The notes under the pieces were generated by a model. It was not told where the DNA came from. It did no database searches and saw only the letters and a program-made list of their open reading frames with translations. The position numbers and the translations under genes were made by a program. A stretch of 64,000 nucleotides of DNA. It comes from a bacterium (lineage in GTDB: Bacteria > Patescibacteriota > Minisyncoccia > UBA6257 > 2-01-FULL-56-20). The stretch's first letter is position 1. Each line of letters begins with the position of its first letter. Shown here in pieces: positions 9,746 to 18,082 of the stretch. The stretch lies in NCBI GenBank assembly GCA_021827685.1, contig JAKAUM010000007.1:9842-73841 (forward strand), given 5' to 3'.

Positions 9746-11341
9746 CTACGGCCGATCCGGCGGGATATTGTAATAATTGATAATATATTGCGAAAGCTCC
9801 CTGAACGCGGGCACCACGCTCTCTGCCGCGAGCGAGTTCACGGACAATCCGTCGAGGCGGATGAATGCGATGAAGCGGGGGTTGGATGCGGGGCCGAACC
9901 CGATATAGGAATCCGAGAGCTCGTTTTCATACCCGCCGGTCTTTAGATTGGGAATATAGGCGCTCCCCGTCTTCCCCGCAAGAGCGTATCCCTTAATACT
10001 CGCGACGCCTGCGAGGTCGACGGCCGACACCATCATCTTCGTGACCGCGGCCGCCGTCGTCGTCGAGATGACGCGCCGGATTTCCTGCGGCTTCATTGAG
10101 GCGTCGAGGTACGGCCTCATGAGGACGCCGCCGGTCGCAATGGCTCCGACCGCCGCTACGAGTTCCACGGGAGTCATCGCGATCCCCTGGCCGTACGCCG
10201 CCGTGTCGAAGTCCACCTGCGGCGAACTCGGGTTGAGCTGGCGAAGATCTCCCGCAATCTCGCCCGGAAGATCTATTCCCGTTTTCATGCCGAGCCCGAA
10301 CGCTTTCATGTATTCGGTGAAAATCGCGTTCCCCATCTGATTTTCCAAGAAAATCGCCCCGGTATTGATGGAGTGCTCGATGATTTCCGTCATCGTGGTA
10401 CCCGGCCCGTAAGGCCCGTGAGTCAGGAGGTTGTAATTCGTGATGTGCGCGCCGTCGACGTTCACGTATCCTTTATCGTCATAGGTTTCATTCGGCATAA
10501 TCTTGCCCGAATTGATCCCCGCGGACATCGTGAGCACCTTTACGATCGATCCCGGCTCGTACACGCCCTGCATGGTCGGATTCACGAAATCCTTGACCGA
10601 AAACTTGCCGTAGTCATTCGGGTCGAAATCAGGATACGCGCCCATCGCGAGGATTTTTCCGGTCATAGGATCTTCGACGAGGACGTCTCCTCCGGTCGCG
10701 TTATTCGCCTTTATAAGGTTGTCCAGAATCTTTTCGGCTTCGATCTGCACATTCGGATCTATCGTCAAATCAACCTCGGTGCCCTGCGCCAGCGTGCTGT
10801 TGTAATATTCCTCGATTCCATAGTGGCCGCTCTCGCCGCCGTTCGCGGCGTTCGGCCCTACGTAGCCGATGACCTGCGAGGCCGTCTTGCCGAGCGGATA
10901 ATAGCGGCTCGGGAGATAATCAGCGTAGAGTCCCTTCATATTCAGGTCCGTGATCGCCTGCGCGACCGAAGGATCCGCCTTGCGGACAAGAAGCTCATAC
11001 TGGTCGTGCGGCCTTGAAAAAATCGCGGCGAGCGAGGCGGGCGACATTCCGAGAATCGGCGCCGCCTTTTCCGCCGCAAGCTGGGGATCCGCGATGGAGG
11101 CGGGGACGGCGTAAACTATGGGATATTCTTTTTCCACCGCTACGGGGAGGAGCGTTCCGTTCTTATCGGTGAACGCAATGGCGCCGCGGGCGCCGTTCAC
11201 GCCCTGCGCGGCGATTGCTTCGCTCTCCGCCCGCGCAAGATAAAAACCTCCCTGTTTTACCTGGAGGTCGTACATATGAAATGCAAGAAGTCCGAATGCG
11301 ACGGCGAACGCGCCGATCAATAATGAGAAGCGACTTGCCAT
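9746..11341 (-). CDS. ftsI: Peptidoglycan D,D-transpeptidase (FtsI/PBP2 class B penicillin-binding protein)
   Basis: N-terminal TM; SxxK (GSIVK), SxN (SIN), KTG(S) motifs; dcw cluster position. Confidence 0.85.
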   Translation of the reverse strand: MASRFSLLIGAFAVAFGLLAFHMYDLQVKQGGFYLARAESEAIAAQGVNGARGAIAFTDKNGTLLPVAVEKEYPIVYAVPASIADPQLAAEKAAPILGMSPASLAAIFSRPHDQYELLVRKADPSVAQAITDLNMKGLYADYLPSRYYPLGKTASQVIGYVGPNAANGGESGHYGIEEYYNSTLAQGTEVDLTIDPNVQIEAEKILDNLIKANNATGGDVLVEDPMTGKILAMGAYPDFDPNDYGKFSVKDFVNPTMQGVYEPGSIVKVLTMSAGINSGKIMPNETYDDKGYVNVDGAHITNYNLLTHGPYGPGTTMTEIIEHSINTGAIFLENQMGNAIFTEYMKAFGLGMKTGIDLPGEIAGDLRQLNPSSPQVDFDTAAYGQGIAMTPVELVAAVGAIATGGVLMRPYLDASMKPQEIRRVISTTTAAAVTKMMVSAVDLAGVASIKGYALAGKTGSAYIPNLKTGGYENELSDSYIGFGPASNPRFIAFIRLDGLSVNSLAAESVVPAFRELSQYIINYYNIPPDRP

Positions 11342-11631
11342 TGAGGTGCGGGGAAATACTCCGGATAATTATCGGCTACCAGGCCGTCGTTCGCAACGGC
11401 TGTGGATAATTCCGCGGCACTCAGCGACTGTACGATCGTGTTATTGAATGCGGTGCTTTGCGCGCCGATGGCATCGGCTTGCGCCCTCACCGACGCGAGA
11501 TTGTGGCCGAGGTTCACCGTGGCGTTATCGAGCCATACCATGGCGAATACCCCAATGACGCACGCGGCAACAAGCCCCGCAAGAATGCGGTTTACGATGC
11601 TGCCCTGTTGATTTGGTTGAAGATAAGTCAT
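11317..11631 (-). CDS. Small membrane cell-division protein, FtsL-like
   Basis: 104 aa, single TM helix; located between rsmH and ftsI as in dcw clusters. Confidence 0.45.
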   Translation of the reverse strand: MTYLQPNQQGSIVNRILAGLVAACVIGVFAMVWLDNATVNLGHNLASVRAQADAIGAQSTAFNNTIVQSLSAAELSTAVANDGLVADNYPEYFPAPQWQVASHY

Positions 11632-11642
11632 TTTAAAGAATT

Positions 11643-12566
11643 TCAGCGCATCACGGCCGTCCTGAGCTTCGCCGAGCGGCTGCGCGGGTTCCGCGCGACT
11701 TCCTCCCGCGACGGGGCGACCGGTTTTTTCGCCGTACGGGAGAGCGTCCCCTCTTTTTCCATCCGCAGGAACGCCTGCTTCACCGCGCGGTCCTCCAAGG
11801 AATGGAAGCTTATGATCGCCGCGCGGCCGCCAGGCCGGAGAATCCCGGCGAGCGCCCCCAGCGCACGATCCAGATTTTCAAGTTCCCCATTCGCATATAT
11901 CCTGAGCGCCTGGAATGTCCTTGTCGCGGGATCTATCCGGCCGCGCTCGTAATTCCGCGGGAGCGCCCGCCGCACGGCCTCCGCAAGCTCGCCGCTCGTC
12001 GTAATCGCCCCCTCGCGCTCCCGCGCCGCGATCGCCCTCGCGATGCGCCGCGAATGGCGTTCGCCGCCGAACCGGTAGATTATGTCCGCAAGTTCGGCTT
12101 CGCCCATGCCGCGAAGGAATTCCGCAAGGGGCCTCCGCGAATCGTCATAGGTCATGAGGAGCGGCTCGCCCGCGGCTTCGGGAAGGAAACTGAATCCCCT
12201 GCCCGATCCGGCGAGCTGATCCGAGGAAACGCCGAGATCGAGGAGCAGGCCGTCCGCCTTCCCCCATCCGGCGTCCGCGAGGATTTCGGGGAGGTCGGCG
12301 TAGTTGCCGCACGCGTATTTTTCAAGAACCGCGGCGGCGCGCGCCGGCTTCACGCCGCCCGAGGCGCGCCGCGCCGCCGCGCGCCGTTCGCGCGCCGCGA
12401 CCATCTCCGCATCCCAGTCAACGCCGAGGAATCTGCCTCCGGGCGCGATTTTTTGGATAATCGCTTCCGCATGGCCTCCCCCATCCACCGTGCCGTCGAT
12501 TATGAACTCGCCCGGCTTCGGATCGAGCGCCCGCACCGCTTCGTGTAAAAGAACCGGCTCGTGCAT
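11643..12566 (-). CDS. rsmH: 16S rRNA (cytosine1402-N4)-methyltransferase RsmH (MraW); start at internal MHEPVLL
   Basis: HEPVLLHE N-terminus; SAM-MTase motifs (IDGTVDGGGHA, DLGVSS). Confidence 0.9.
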   Translation of the reverse strand: MHEPVLLHEAVRALDPKPGEFIIDGTVDGGGHAEAIIQKIAPGGRFLGVDWDAEMVAARERRAAARRASGGVKPARAAAVLEKYACGNYADLPEILADAGWGKADGLLLDLGVSSDQLAGSGRGFSFLPEAAGEPLLMTYDDSRRPLAEFLRGMGEAELADIIYRFGGERHSRRIARAIAAREREGAITTSGELAEAVRRALPRNYERGRIDPATRTFQALRIYANGELENLDRALGALAGILRPGGRAAIISFHSLEDRAVKQAFLRMEKEGTLSRTAKKPVAPSREEVARNPRSRSAKLRTAVMR

Positions 12567-12591
12567 GATTCGGACAGGGCGCGCCGCCGGA

Positions 12592-13020
12592 TCAAATCCC
12601 GAGCTCTCCCAGCTTCTCGGCGATTTCTTCCGACGCGCTCTCGGTCTTCGCCTTGTAGGACTTCCATGCCGCTTCGTCCCATATCTCAATGCGGTTATAA
12701 AGGCCCGCGACGACGGCTTCCTTCTTAAGTCCTGCGTATTTCCGAAGATAGTCCGGAATCAGGATTCGTCCCTGGCTATCCGGCTCCACGTCCGACGCGC
12801 CCGCGAGCATAAGCCGTACGAACGCGCGCGAATTCGCCTGTGCAAGCGGCAGGGCGATAAGCTTCTTCGCGAGCGCATCCCATTCGGCATTCGCAAATAC
12901 AAAAAGACAACTGTCTATTCCGCGCGTGATGATGGCGCCGGCATTAAGTTTTTCGCGAAATTTGGCCGGAATCGCCACCCGACCTTTGATATCTAGATTG
13001 TGTTGGAATTCTCCTAAGAG
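12592..13020 (-). CDS. mraZ: Transcriptional regulator MraZ; start at internal MLLGEF
   Basis: Two MraZ repeats (DIKGRVAIP / DSQGRILIP). Confidence 0.85.
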   Translation of the reverse strand, partial: LLGEFQHNLDIKGRVAIPAKFREKLNAGAIITRGIDSCLFVFANAEWDALAKKLIALPLAQANSRAFVRLMLAGASDVEPDSQGRILIPDYLRKYAGLKKEAVVAGLYNRIEIWDEAAWKSYKAKTESASEEIAEKLGELGI

Positions 13021-13050
13021 CATTGGTTCTGCACAGAAGTGGCGGTTTAT

Positions 13051-13075
13051 CCCCAGATTTATCCACAATTCCCCA
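13051..13075 (-). promoter_or_regulatory. Candidate MraZ operator: three TGGGG/TGTGG repeats with 10-bp periodicity upstream of mraZ
   Basis: Minus-strand reading GTGGGGAATT GTGGATAAAT CTGGGGATAA, 31-55 nt upstream of the mraZ ATG; resembles the TGGGN direct repeats bound by MraZ. Confidence 0.4.
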
Positions 13076-13340
13076 CTTGCATATAACTATACGCCACTAA
13101 GATATAGTGTCAAATATGGACTCCTAGTGAGGAAATGTCGCAAAAAGACAAGGTTTTCCCTAGCTTGTCCGTACCTGTACTATGGGATTATTCACATTTC
13201 CATTGCGCTCGCTTCTCTGCGCATGCTTTCTGACGTGAAACCCGGAGGGCATAATGCCATAAGGCATAATACAAAACGGCGCGCGCGGACGGTGAGGCGA
13301 GTCCTGAAACCGTGGCGGTTACACGGTATAATCGGAGGTA

Positions 13341-13835
13341 ATGGCGGGAAAATCGCGGAAACTGTATTTCGCCCCGGGGGATAGCACGCTCGGCGTTTTT
13401 GCCGGGGAAAGGTTCCGCAGGGGCGATTTCATTGTTCGGTTCACGGGAGCCATCTATGGCGTCAAAGATTTACCCCCTATCGTTAGGCCCCAGGATGACC
13501 GCTTTGTTCAGGTGGGAATACGCAAATACATGGGTCCCTCGGGTGGGGTTGATGATTATTTTAATCACTCTTGTAACCCTAATGCGGGTTTAACGTTCGT
13601 GACGGACAGTAAAATCAATTTGATCGCCATTAAAGACATATCTCCCGGCGAGGAAATCACATGGGATTACTCAACCACCATGGACGAAGATGATTGGGAG
13701 ATGAATTGCAAGTGCGGAGCGGCAAACTGTCGCCGCAGGATTAGAGATTTTAAATATCTTCCCCGCGCGATTCAGAAAAAATATGCCATGCTCGGCATCG
13801 TTCCGGCATACAATCTTGCCCATATGACCGCTTAA
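13341..13835 (+). CDS. SET-domain protein-lysine methyltransferase with post-SET Cys cluster
   Basis: NHSCNPN motif; EEITWDY; CKCGAANCRRR post-SET. Confidence 0.8.
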   Translation: MAGKSRKLYFAPGDSTLGVFAGERFRRGDFIVRFTGAIYGVKDLPPIVRPQDDRFVQVGIRKYMGPSGGVDDYFNHSCNPNAGLTFVTDSKINLIAIKDISPGEEITWDYSTTMDEDDWEMNCKCGAANCRRRIRDFKYLPRAIQKKYAMLGIVPAYNLAHMTA

Positions 13836-13848
13836 GCTGCTTGAGCGG

Positions 13849-13920
13849 TGCGTCTTGCAGGGATCGAACCTGCGGCCTTCCCGATGTGAACGGGACGCTC
13901 TGCCACTGAGCTAAAGACGC
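13849..13920 (-). tRNA. tRNA-Val (anticodon CAC)
   Basis: Manual fold: GCGTCTT acceptor, GCTC/GAGC D-stem, anticodon loop TTCACAT, T-arm GCAGG-TTCGATC-CCTGC. Confidence 0.75.
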
Positions 13921-13922
13921 GG

Positions 13923-13951
13923 AGGCGCCCCGCAAGGTGGGGCGTTTCTTT
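13923..13951. terminator. GC-rich hairpin (CGCCCC-GCAAGGT-GGGGCG) followed by TTTCTTT on the plus strand
   Basis: Lies between the rplL stop and tRNA-Val; strand assignment ambiguous. Confidence 0.35.
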
Positions 13952-14330
13952 ACTGCACTTCTACCGTAGCGCCGGCCTCCTCCAGCTTTTTCTTCATTTC
14001 GTCGGCTTCCTCTTTTTTCGCGCCTTCCTTGATCGGCTTGGGCGCGCTGTCCACGAGATCCTTGGCTTCTTTCAGGCCAAGCGTCGGATTCACCTCCCGA
14101 ACCGCCTTGATGACGGCGAGCTTGTTCGCGCCGCTCGATTTCAAGATCACGTTGAAGCTGGACTTTTCTTCGGCGGGCGCGCCCGCGCCTGCTCCTGCCG
14201 CCGCGACCGGCGCCGCGGCCGAGATGCCGAACTTTTCCTCAAGCTTCTTCACGAGCTCCGCGAGCTCGAGCGCCGAAAGGGATTCTATCTTTGTGATAAC
14301 GTCGTCGTAGTTTGCCATTGGTTTATTCAA
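13950..14330 (-). CDS. rplL: 50S ribosomal protein L7/L12
   Basis: Ala-rich hinge; C-terminal [11 protein letters not shown]...GATVEV. Confidence 0.95.
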   Translation of the reverse strand: MNKPMANYDDVITKIESLSALELAELVKKLEEKFGISAAAPVAAAGAGAGAPAEEKSSFNVILKSSGANKLAVIKAVREVNPTLGLKEAKDLVDSAPKPIKEGAKKEEADEMKKKLEEAGATVEVQ

Positions 14331-14363
14331 TAATTTGATTCGCGACCTTTTATGCGCTCTTCC

Positions 14364-14921
14364 CTATTCCGCCGCCGCGGGCGCCGTTCCGGCTCCCGCC
14401 CCTGCGGATTTCGCTCTCTCGTTAAGAACGTACAGCAGGGATCTGATCGGTGCCGCAATCATTCCAAGGAGCTGGCCGAGGAGCGCCTCGCGCGGCGGGA
14501 GCTTGCCGATCATGGCAATCGTCGCCGCATCCACGGGCATATTCGCCGAGAGATCGTAGCCACCGAGAAGATGGCTCACCCACATGTTTTTATCGCCTCC
14601 TTCGGGCACTTCCAGCCCCGCAAAAAATTTGTAGGCCGTGCCCGCCGCCGCCTCGGTGCCTTTCGGCGAGAACAGCGTTCCGACGGAAACCTTAAAACGG
14701 GAAAGGTCGGCGCCCGCGATGCCCTTCTCTTTAAAAAGGATGCCGAGAAGCCGCTTTTTCACCACGAGCAGGGCGGCGCCGTTTTTCTTGAGCTCCATGC
14801 GCAGTTTCCGCGCGTCCTCCGTCCCTATCTTTGAAAAATCGGCGAAAAGAAGCGATCCTCCTTTTTCGAAAAGCCCGCGCGCCTTTGCGAGTTCTTCCTG
14901 TTTTCTTGCTTTGGTCTTCAT
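14364..14921 (-). CDS. rplJ: 50S ribosomal protein L10; start at internal MKTKARK
   Basis: L10 family; directly upstream of rplL. Confidence 0.9.
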   Translation of the reverse strand: MKTKARKQEELAKARGLFEKGGSLLFADFSKIGTEDARKLRMELKKNGAALLVVKKRLLGILFKEKGIAGADLSRFKVSVGTLFSPKGTEAAAGTAYKFFAGLEVPEGGDKNMWVSHLLGGYDLSANMPVDAATIAMIGKLPPREALLGQLLGMIAAPIRSLLYVLNERAKSAGAGAGTAPAAAE

Positions 14922-15136
14922 GATGGCGGGTAAGTGATTTTTGATAAAACAAAAGCGGCACCCCAAAGCCGCAACGCTATTTCCTCGACAGGCCTTATTC
15001 CCTCTTTATGTAATCGATATGGGATGCCTGCGGTCTTTGGAAGCACTCCCATTATACCGGCCGCACGTTCCGTGTCAATAGCGTTCCGCCTACCGCTTCG
15101 GCGGGAACGATCGCCGCGATATTATCGCCTTGTCTG
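14922..15136 (-). promoter_or_regulatory. Long 5' leader of rplJ, possible L10-leader autoregulatory structure
   Basis: ~215-nt non-coding stretch with several hairpins between tRNA-Ser and the rplJ start; no rplK/rplA upstream. Confidence 0.25.
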
Positions 15137-15223
15137 CGGAAGCGGGAGGATTCGAACCTCCGATGCCCTTTCGGGCATACCTGATTTCGAGTCAGGCCCA
15201 TTCAACCGCTCTGGCACGCTTCC
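15137..15223 (-). tRNA. tRNA-Ser (anticodon CGA), type II with long variable arm
   Basis: Manual fold: GGAAGCG acceptor, anticodon loop CTCGAAA, variable arm TATGCCCGAAAGGGCATC, T-arm GGAGG-TTCGAAT-CCTCC. Confidence 0.75.
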
Positions 15224-15321
15224 ATGCGGTTCATTATAGGCAAACCGCGCAAAAATAAAAGCGGGCGGCCGCGCGTCGGAAATAATCCGACACGGCCGCC
15301 CGCAAGGGCTTCATGATAAAT

Positions 15322-15915
15322 CTAGACGACCCGCCCGAATATTTTTTCCGAGCGAATCAGCCGGGAAGCGGGTATGGCAAAATTAATCTGCCGTGCACCG
15401 CTCCTCAGGGCCCCTGATAATGCCCGTAGGTGCGGATGTTTTTGAACCATCGCACATATACGGGCGATCTTGCTTTCGATACCGGCGGCGGCCTCCAGGT
15501 CGCCGCGGCGGCGCGCAGCGTCTAGGTCCCGTCGTAAGCACCCGTTGTGCAGACAGCGGACCTGTCGGACTTCGGCCCCCGTAAATACGGGCGCACCGAT
15601 TTCCATCGACGAGCTGCCTCTCGCGTAGACGTAGTGACAGAGCCGCGGATCAATCTGCGGCAACTCTGCGAATGCGTTATCTGCCAAGGCCATCAGGCAC
15701 CTGCGCTCGGCAGGGAACGCGCCTCCGGCAGGAACCGGAAGCTCGCAGATCCATGCGGCACCGCTCAGAACAATGATGAGCGGCTCCTGGGAATCGGAAC
15801 GGAGATTCTTATAGCAAAACACTCCGTTCAGATATGCGAAAGCCGTATTCGCTACCGCGTTTAAGGACGTCGCAGGGTGCACCCCTGCGGTGATAGTGGA
15901 GTATTGCGATTGCAT
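15322..15915 (-). CDS. Hypothetical protein (no family recognised)
   Basis: 197-aa ORF with host-like GC; Cys-containing; function not recognisable by eye. Confidence 0.35.
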   Translation of the reverse strand: MQSQYSTITAGVHPATSLNAVANTAFAYLNGVFCYKNLRSDSQEPLIIVLSGAAWICELPVPAGGAFPAERRCLMALADNAFAELPQIDPRLCHYVYARGSSSMEIGAPVFTGAEVRQVRCLHNGCLRRDLDAARRRGDLEAAAGIESKIARICAMVQKHPHLRALSGALRSGARQINFAIPASRLIRSEKIFGRVV

Positions 15916-16260
15916 ACATCCATCCTTTTTGTCGAGATCCGATACTTCGATACTGCCGTTGAGTATAAACCCATGGTTTGCAAAAAGGAAGTTTCGGGTG
16001 TCTCTATTTTACCAAGCTCGCACCTATTTTCAAAATCGGTAATGTGCCACGCGCGGAGCGCGTGGTGAAACGAAACTAAATCGCACGCTCTCCGCCCCGC
16101 CGCCCGCCTCCGCTATCGCTCCGGCGGCAACCTCGCAGAACATTTTCCCTTACAATTTTTCTTTTGCGCCCCCCTGGAAAAATTCAAAAAAGGAAAGGGA
16201 AATTTCTGCTCGGTTCCGCCCTCCAAGTTTTCGGGCGAGGCGGCGAGGATACCAACGCTC

Positions 16261-16306
16261 GGACGGCTCGGCATTCCTCCCCCAGCCCCCTCCTGCCGAG
16301 CCGTCC
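16261..16306. repeat. Perfect 12-bp inverted repeat GGACGGCTCGGC / GCCGAGCCGTCC with a 22-nt C-rich loop
   Basis: Seen directly in sequence at the left edge of the AT-rich islet, ~40 nt upstream of the putative peptide-gene promoter. Confidence 0.5.
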
Positions 16307-16343
16307 TCACTTCGGAGAGAGAAGATGATTCAGAATTTTCTGT

Positions 16344-16372
16344 TTGACTTAGAGACATGCATTTATACATGG
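16344..16372 (+). promoter_or_regulatory. Putative sigma70-like promoter (TTGACT -35; TATACAT/TACATG -10 region)
   Basis: TTGACT then an AT-rich -10-like element ~55 nt upstream of the small peptide ORF; spacing not ideal. Confidence 0.25.
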
Positions 16373-16424
16373 ATGCGGAGATGTTCTTCGCATTATGTAC
16401 CTTAACTCCAGAAAGGAGACTGCC

Positions 16425-16553
16425 ATGAAGAACTCCAAGAAGTTTTCTTGGAAAGTCACCTCCAGTGACAAGCCTCTTCCCGGCACGATCGTGTGTCAGG
16501 AACAGTGCAGTTCCGGTGGTGGCGGCAACGGCAAGTGTGGCACTCGCAAGTAA
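16425..16553 (+). CDS. Small 42-aa Cys/Gly-rich basic peptide (MKNSKKFSWKVTSSDKPLPGTIVCQEQCSSGGGGNGKCGTRK); not in the ORF track
   Basis: AAAGGAG Shine-Dalgarno 6 nt before the ATG; strong intrinsic terminator 27 nt after the stop; upstream promoter-like element; three Cys plus a Gly run at the C-terminus. Confidence 0.45.
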   Translation: MKNSKKFSWKVTSSDKPLPGTIVCQEQCSSGGGGNGKCGTRK

Positions 16554-16579
16554 CACAGTGCCTCGCTCGCTCCCTCAGA

Positions 16580-16613
16580 GCGCAACAACTCTCGAGATTG
16601 TTGCGCTTTTTTT
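16580..16613 (+). terminator. Rho-independent terminator (GCGCAACAA-loop-TTGTTGCGC + T7)
   Basis: 9-bp perfect stem followed by TTTTTTT; sits between the convergent peptide gene and the metallopeptidase gene. Confidence 0.7.
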
Positions 16614-17424
16614 AGTTTGTTACCTCCATAAATCTTTTGGGGTCAGTTTTCATTAACTCTTCCCAAGATAGATTTTTGTTTCTATTTATAAACTCCTTGA
16701 CTAACCAGTAGCCCGTAGAATATCCGTTCCATTTTTTATATTTACCATTTCCAAATAAAAATTCTTTTATCACTTTTTGTTCTTTTGATTCTAGCGTGTT
16801 TTTATCTAAATCTTTTAGAATCTGAAAAGCTTCCTCTTTTTCTAATGCCCCCGCCCACTTTGTAGTTTTAGGATCAAAATATTGTTCCCTAAAATTTTCC
16901 GCCAATCCCTCCAGCAATATTTCATCTAAAAGTGTATAGCTATTAAAGTCATCGTAATGGTGATAGTAATAAATTGTATGATTTAGCTCGTGGGCGACAG
17001 TATTTTTGATAGATTCTTCCGAATATTCTTCTAAATTTATAAACAAATGAAAAACGCAACTATAAACAGCAACCGCCATTACGCCATCAAAAACTTTATC
17101 GTCTTTAGTCGTGAGATATGGATGGACAAAGATAAAATTCCTCGTCGGGACAGATAATTTCTCGTCGCACTTCTCGACAGTTTCCGAAATGACTTTTTCT
17201 ATCTCTGATTTTTGATCTTCGGAAATTTCCTTATACTGTTCAATATTCCCATTTCCAATATGATCTAGTAAGCCCTGCCTTAATAGTTCGATATCAGCAT
17301 AACCAGAATAATCAATACTACCTTGGTTTTTCATCAAGAAGATAATTGATTCAACAATCTCAGTTTTGTCTTTGAATTCTCCGTTTGGAAAATAGAATTC
17401 AACTCGTGATAAATCTTTACTCAT
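16612..17424 (-). CDS. Predicted Zn-dependent metallopeptidase, DUF2268-like (HExxH)
   Basis: VAHELNHTIYY contains an HExxH motif; very AT-rich gene (~30-35% GC) with Lys/Glu/Asn-rich codon usage unlike the host. Confidence 0.65.
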   Translation of the reverse strand: MSKDLSRVEFYFPNGEFKDKTEIVESIIFLMKNQGSIDYSGYADIELLRQGLLDHIGNGNIEQYKEISEDQKSEIEKVISETVEKCDEKLSVPTRNFIFVHPYLTTKDDKVFDGVMAVAVYSCVFHLFINLEEYSEESIKNTVAHELNHTIYYYHHYDDFNSYTLLDEILLEGLAENFREQYFDPKTTKWAGALEKEEAFQILKDLDKNTLESKEQKVIKEFLFGNGKYKKWNGYSTGYWLVKEFINRNKNLSWEELMKTDPKRFMEVTN

Positions 17425-17440
17425 AACTTCATTTTAACAA

Positions 17441-17475
17441 AATAAAAAGAGGCGGGAAGTCGTTAGCTTTCCGCC
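17441..17475 (-). terminator. Minus-strand intrinsic terminator just upstream of the metallopeptidase start
   Basis: Minus strand reads GGCGGAAAG-CTAACGA-CTTCCCGCC followed by TCTTTTTATTTT, then a TAAAAT -10-like box 6 nt before the ATG. Confidence 0.5.
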
Positions 17476-17880
17476 CCAAGCATCACTCGAAAGGATGAGG
17501 AAACTTGGTTAGCTAACCGTAAGCCATCTTTCCGCGTCCAAACCTTTCGGCGATTTCGTACAAACGCTTCATCCCGGCGGGTTCTTATCGATAACCAAGG
17601 GTCATCTGGACAGTTCCAGGAATAAGCACCCTAACAATGCTAAGGTCACCGTTTCCGCCGTAGTCATCCGAGAGCCTGAGTGGAACAGCTAAACATTTCC
17701 AACCCTTACTCGATTTTTCACACAAGCAGAATGATTGGCTCGCACATCCTCCTCGTCGAAAGAAAAGTGCGCGTCGCCGCAGGCGACGCTCCAAATTCGT
17801 TTGGAAAAATGGGGGGATCAGTGGGCGGCGCTTTGCGCCGCCCACAATTCGGTCTCCGAAAAACCGTTAAGTTCTGTTCG

Positions 17881-17954
17881 GGTGCCCCCGGAGGGAATTG
17901 AACCCCCATCGTATCCTTAGGACGGATCCGCTCTATCCGTTGAGCTACGAGGGC
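17881..17954 (-). tRNA. tRNA-Arg (anticodon CCU)
   Basis: Manual fold: GCCCTCG acceptor, GCTC/GAGC D-stem, anticodon loop GTCCTAA, T-arm GGGGG-TTCAATT-CCCTC; G32 unusual. Confidence 0.65.
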
Positions 17955-17997
17955 TTTTGGGATACACTATACGCAATCGGATGCAGGACGGCAATAT

Positions 17998-18068
17998 GGG
18001 CCTATAGTATAGTGGTAGAACGCCTCCATGGCATGGAGGAGGTCCGGGTTCGATTCCCGGTAGGTCCA
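17998..18068 (+). tRNA. tRNA-Ala (anticodon GGC) with G3:U70
   Basis: Manual fold: GGGCCTA/TAGGTCC acceptor with G3-U70, anticodon stem CCTCC/GGAGG, loop ATGGCAT, T-arm CCGGG-TTCGATT-CCCGG. Confidence 0.75.
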
Positions 18069-18082
18069 CGCGGAGTGATTCC

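Noticed and set aside
16113-16556. 147-aa minus-strand ORF overlapping the small peptide gene
   Set aside because: No start context; it spans a GC transition and the inverted repeat; its translation is low-complexity. The plus-strand peptide ORF has far better expression signals.
17476-17880. Possible RNase P RNA, tmRNA or SRP RNA in the non-coding stretch next to tRNA-Arg
   Set aside because: Only short partial matches to conserved RNase P blocks (AGGAAA, UGGAACAG, GGAAUAAGCACC) and in the wrong order. There is no tRNA-like 3' end for tmRNA and no SRP domain IV motif. Left as an unexplained region rather than called.
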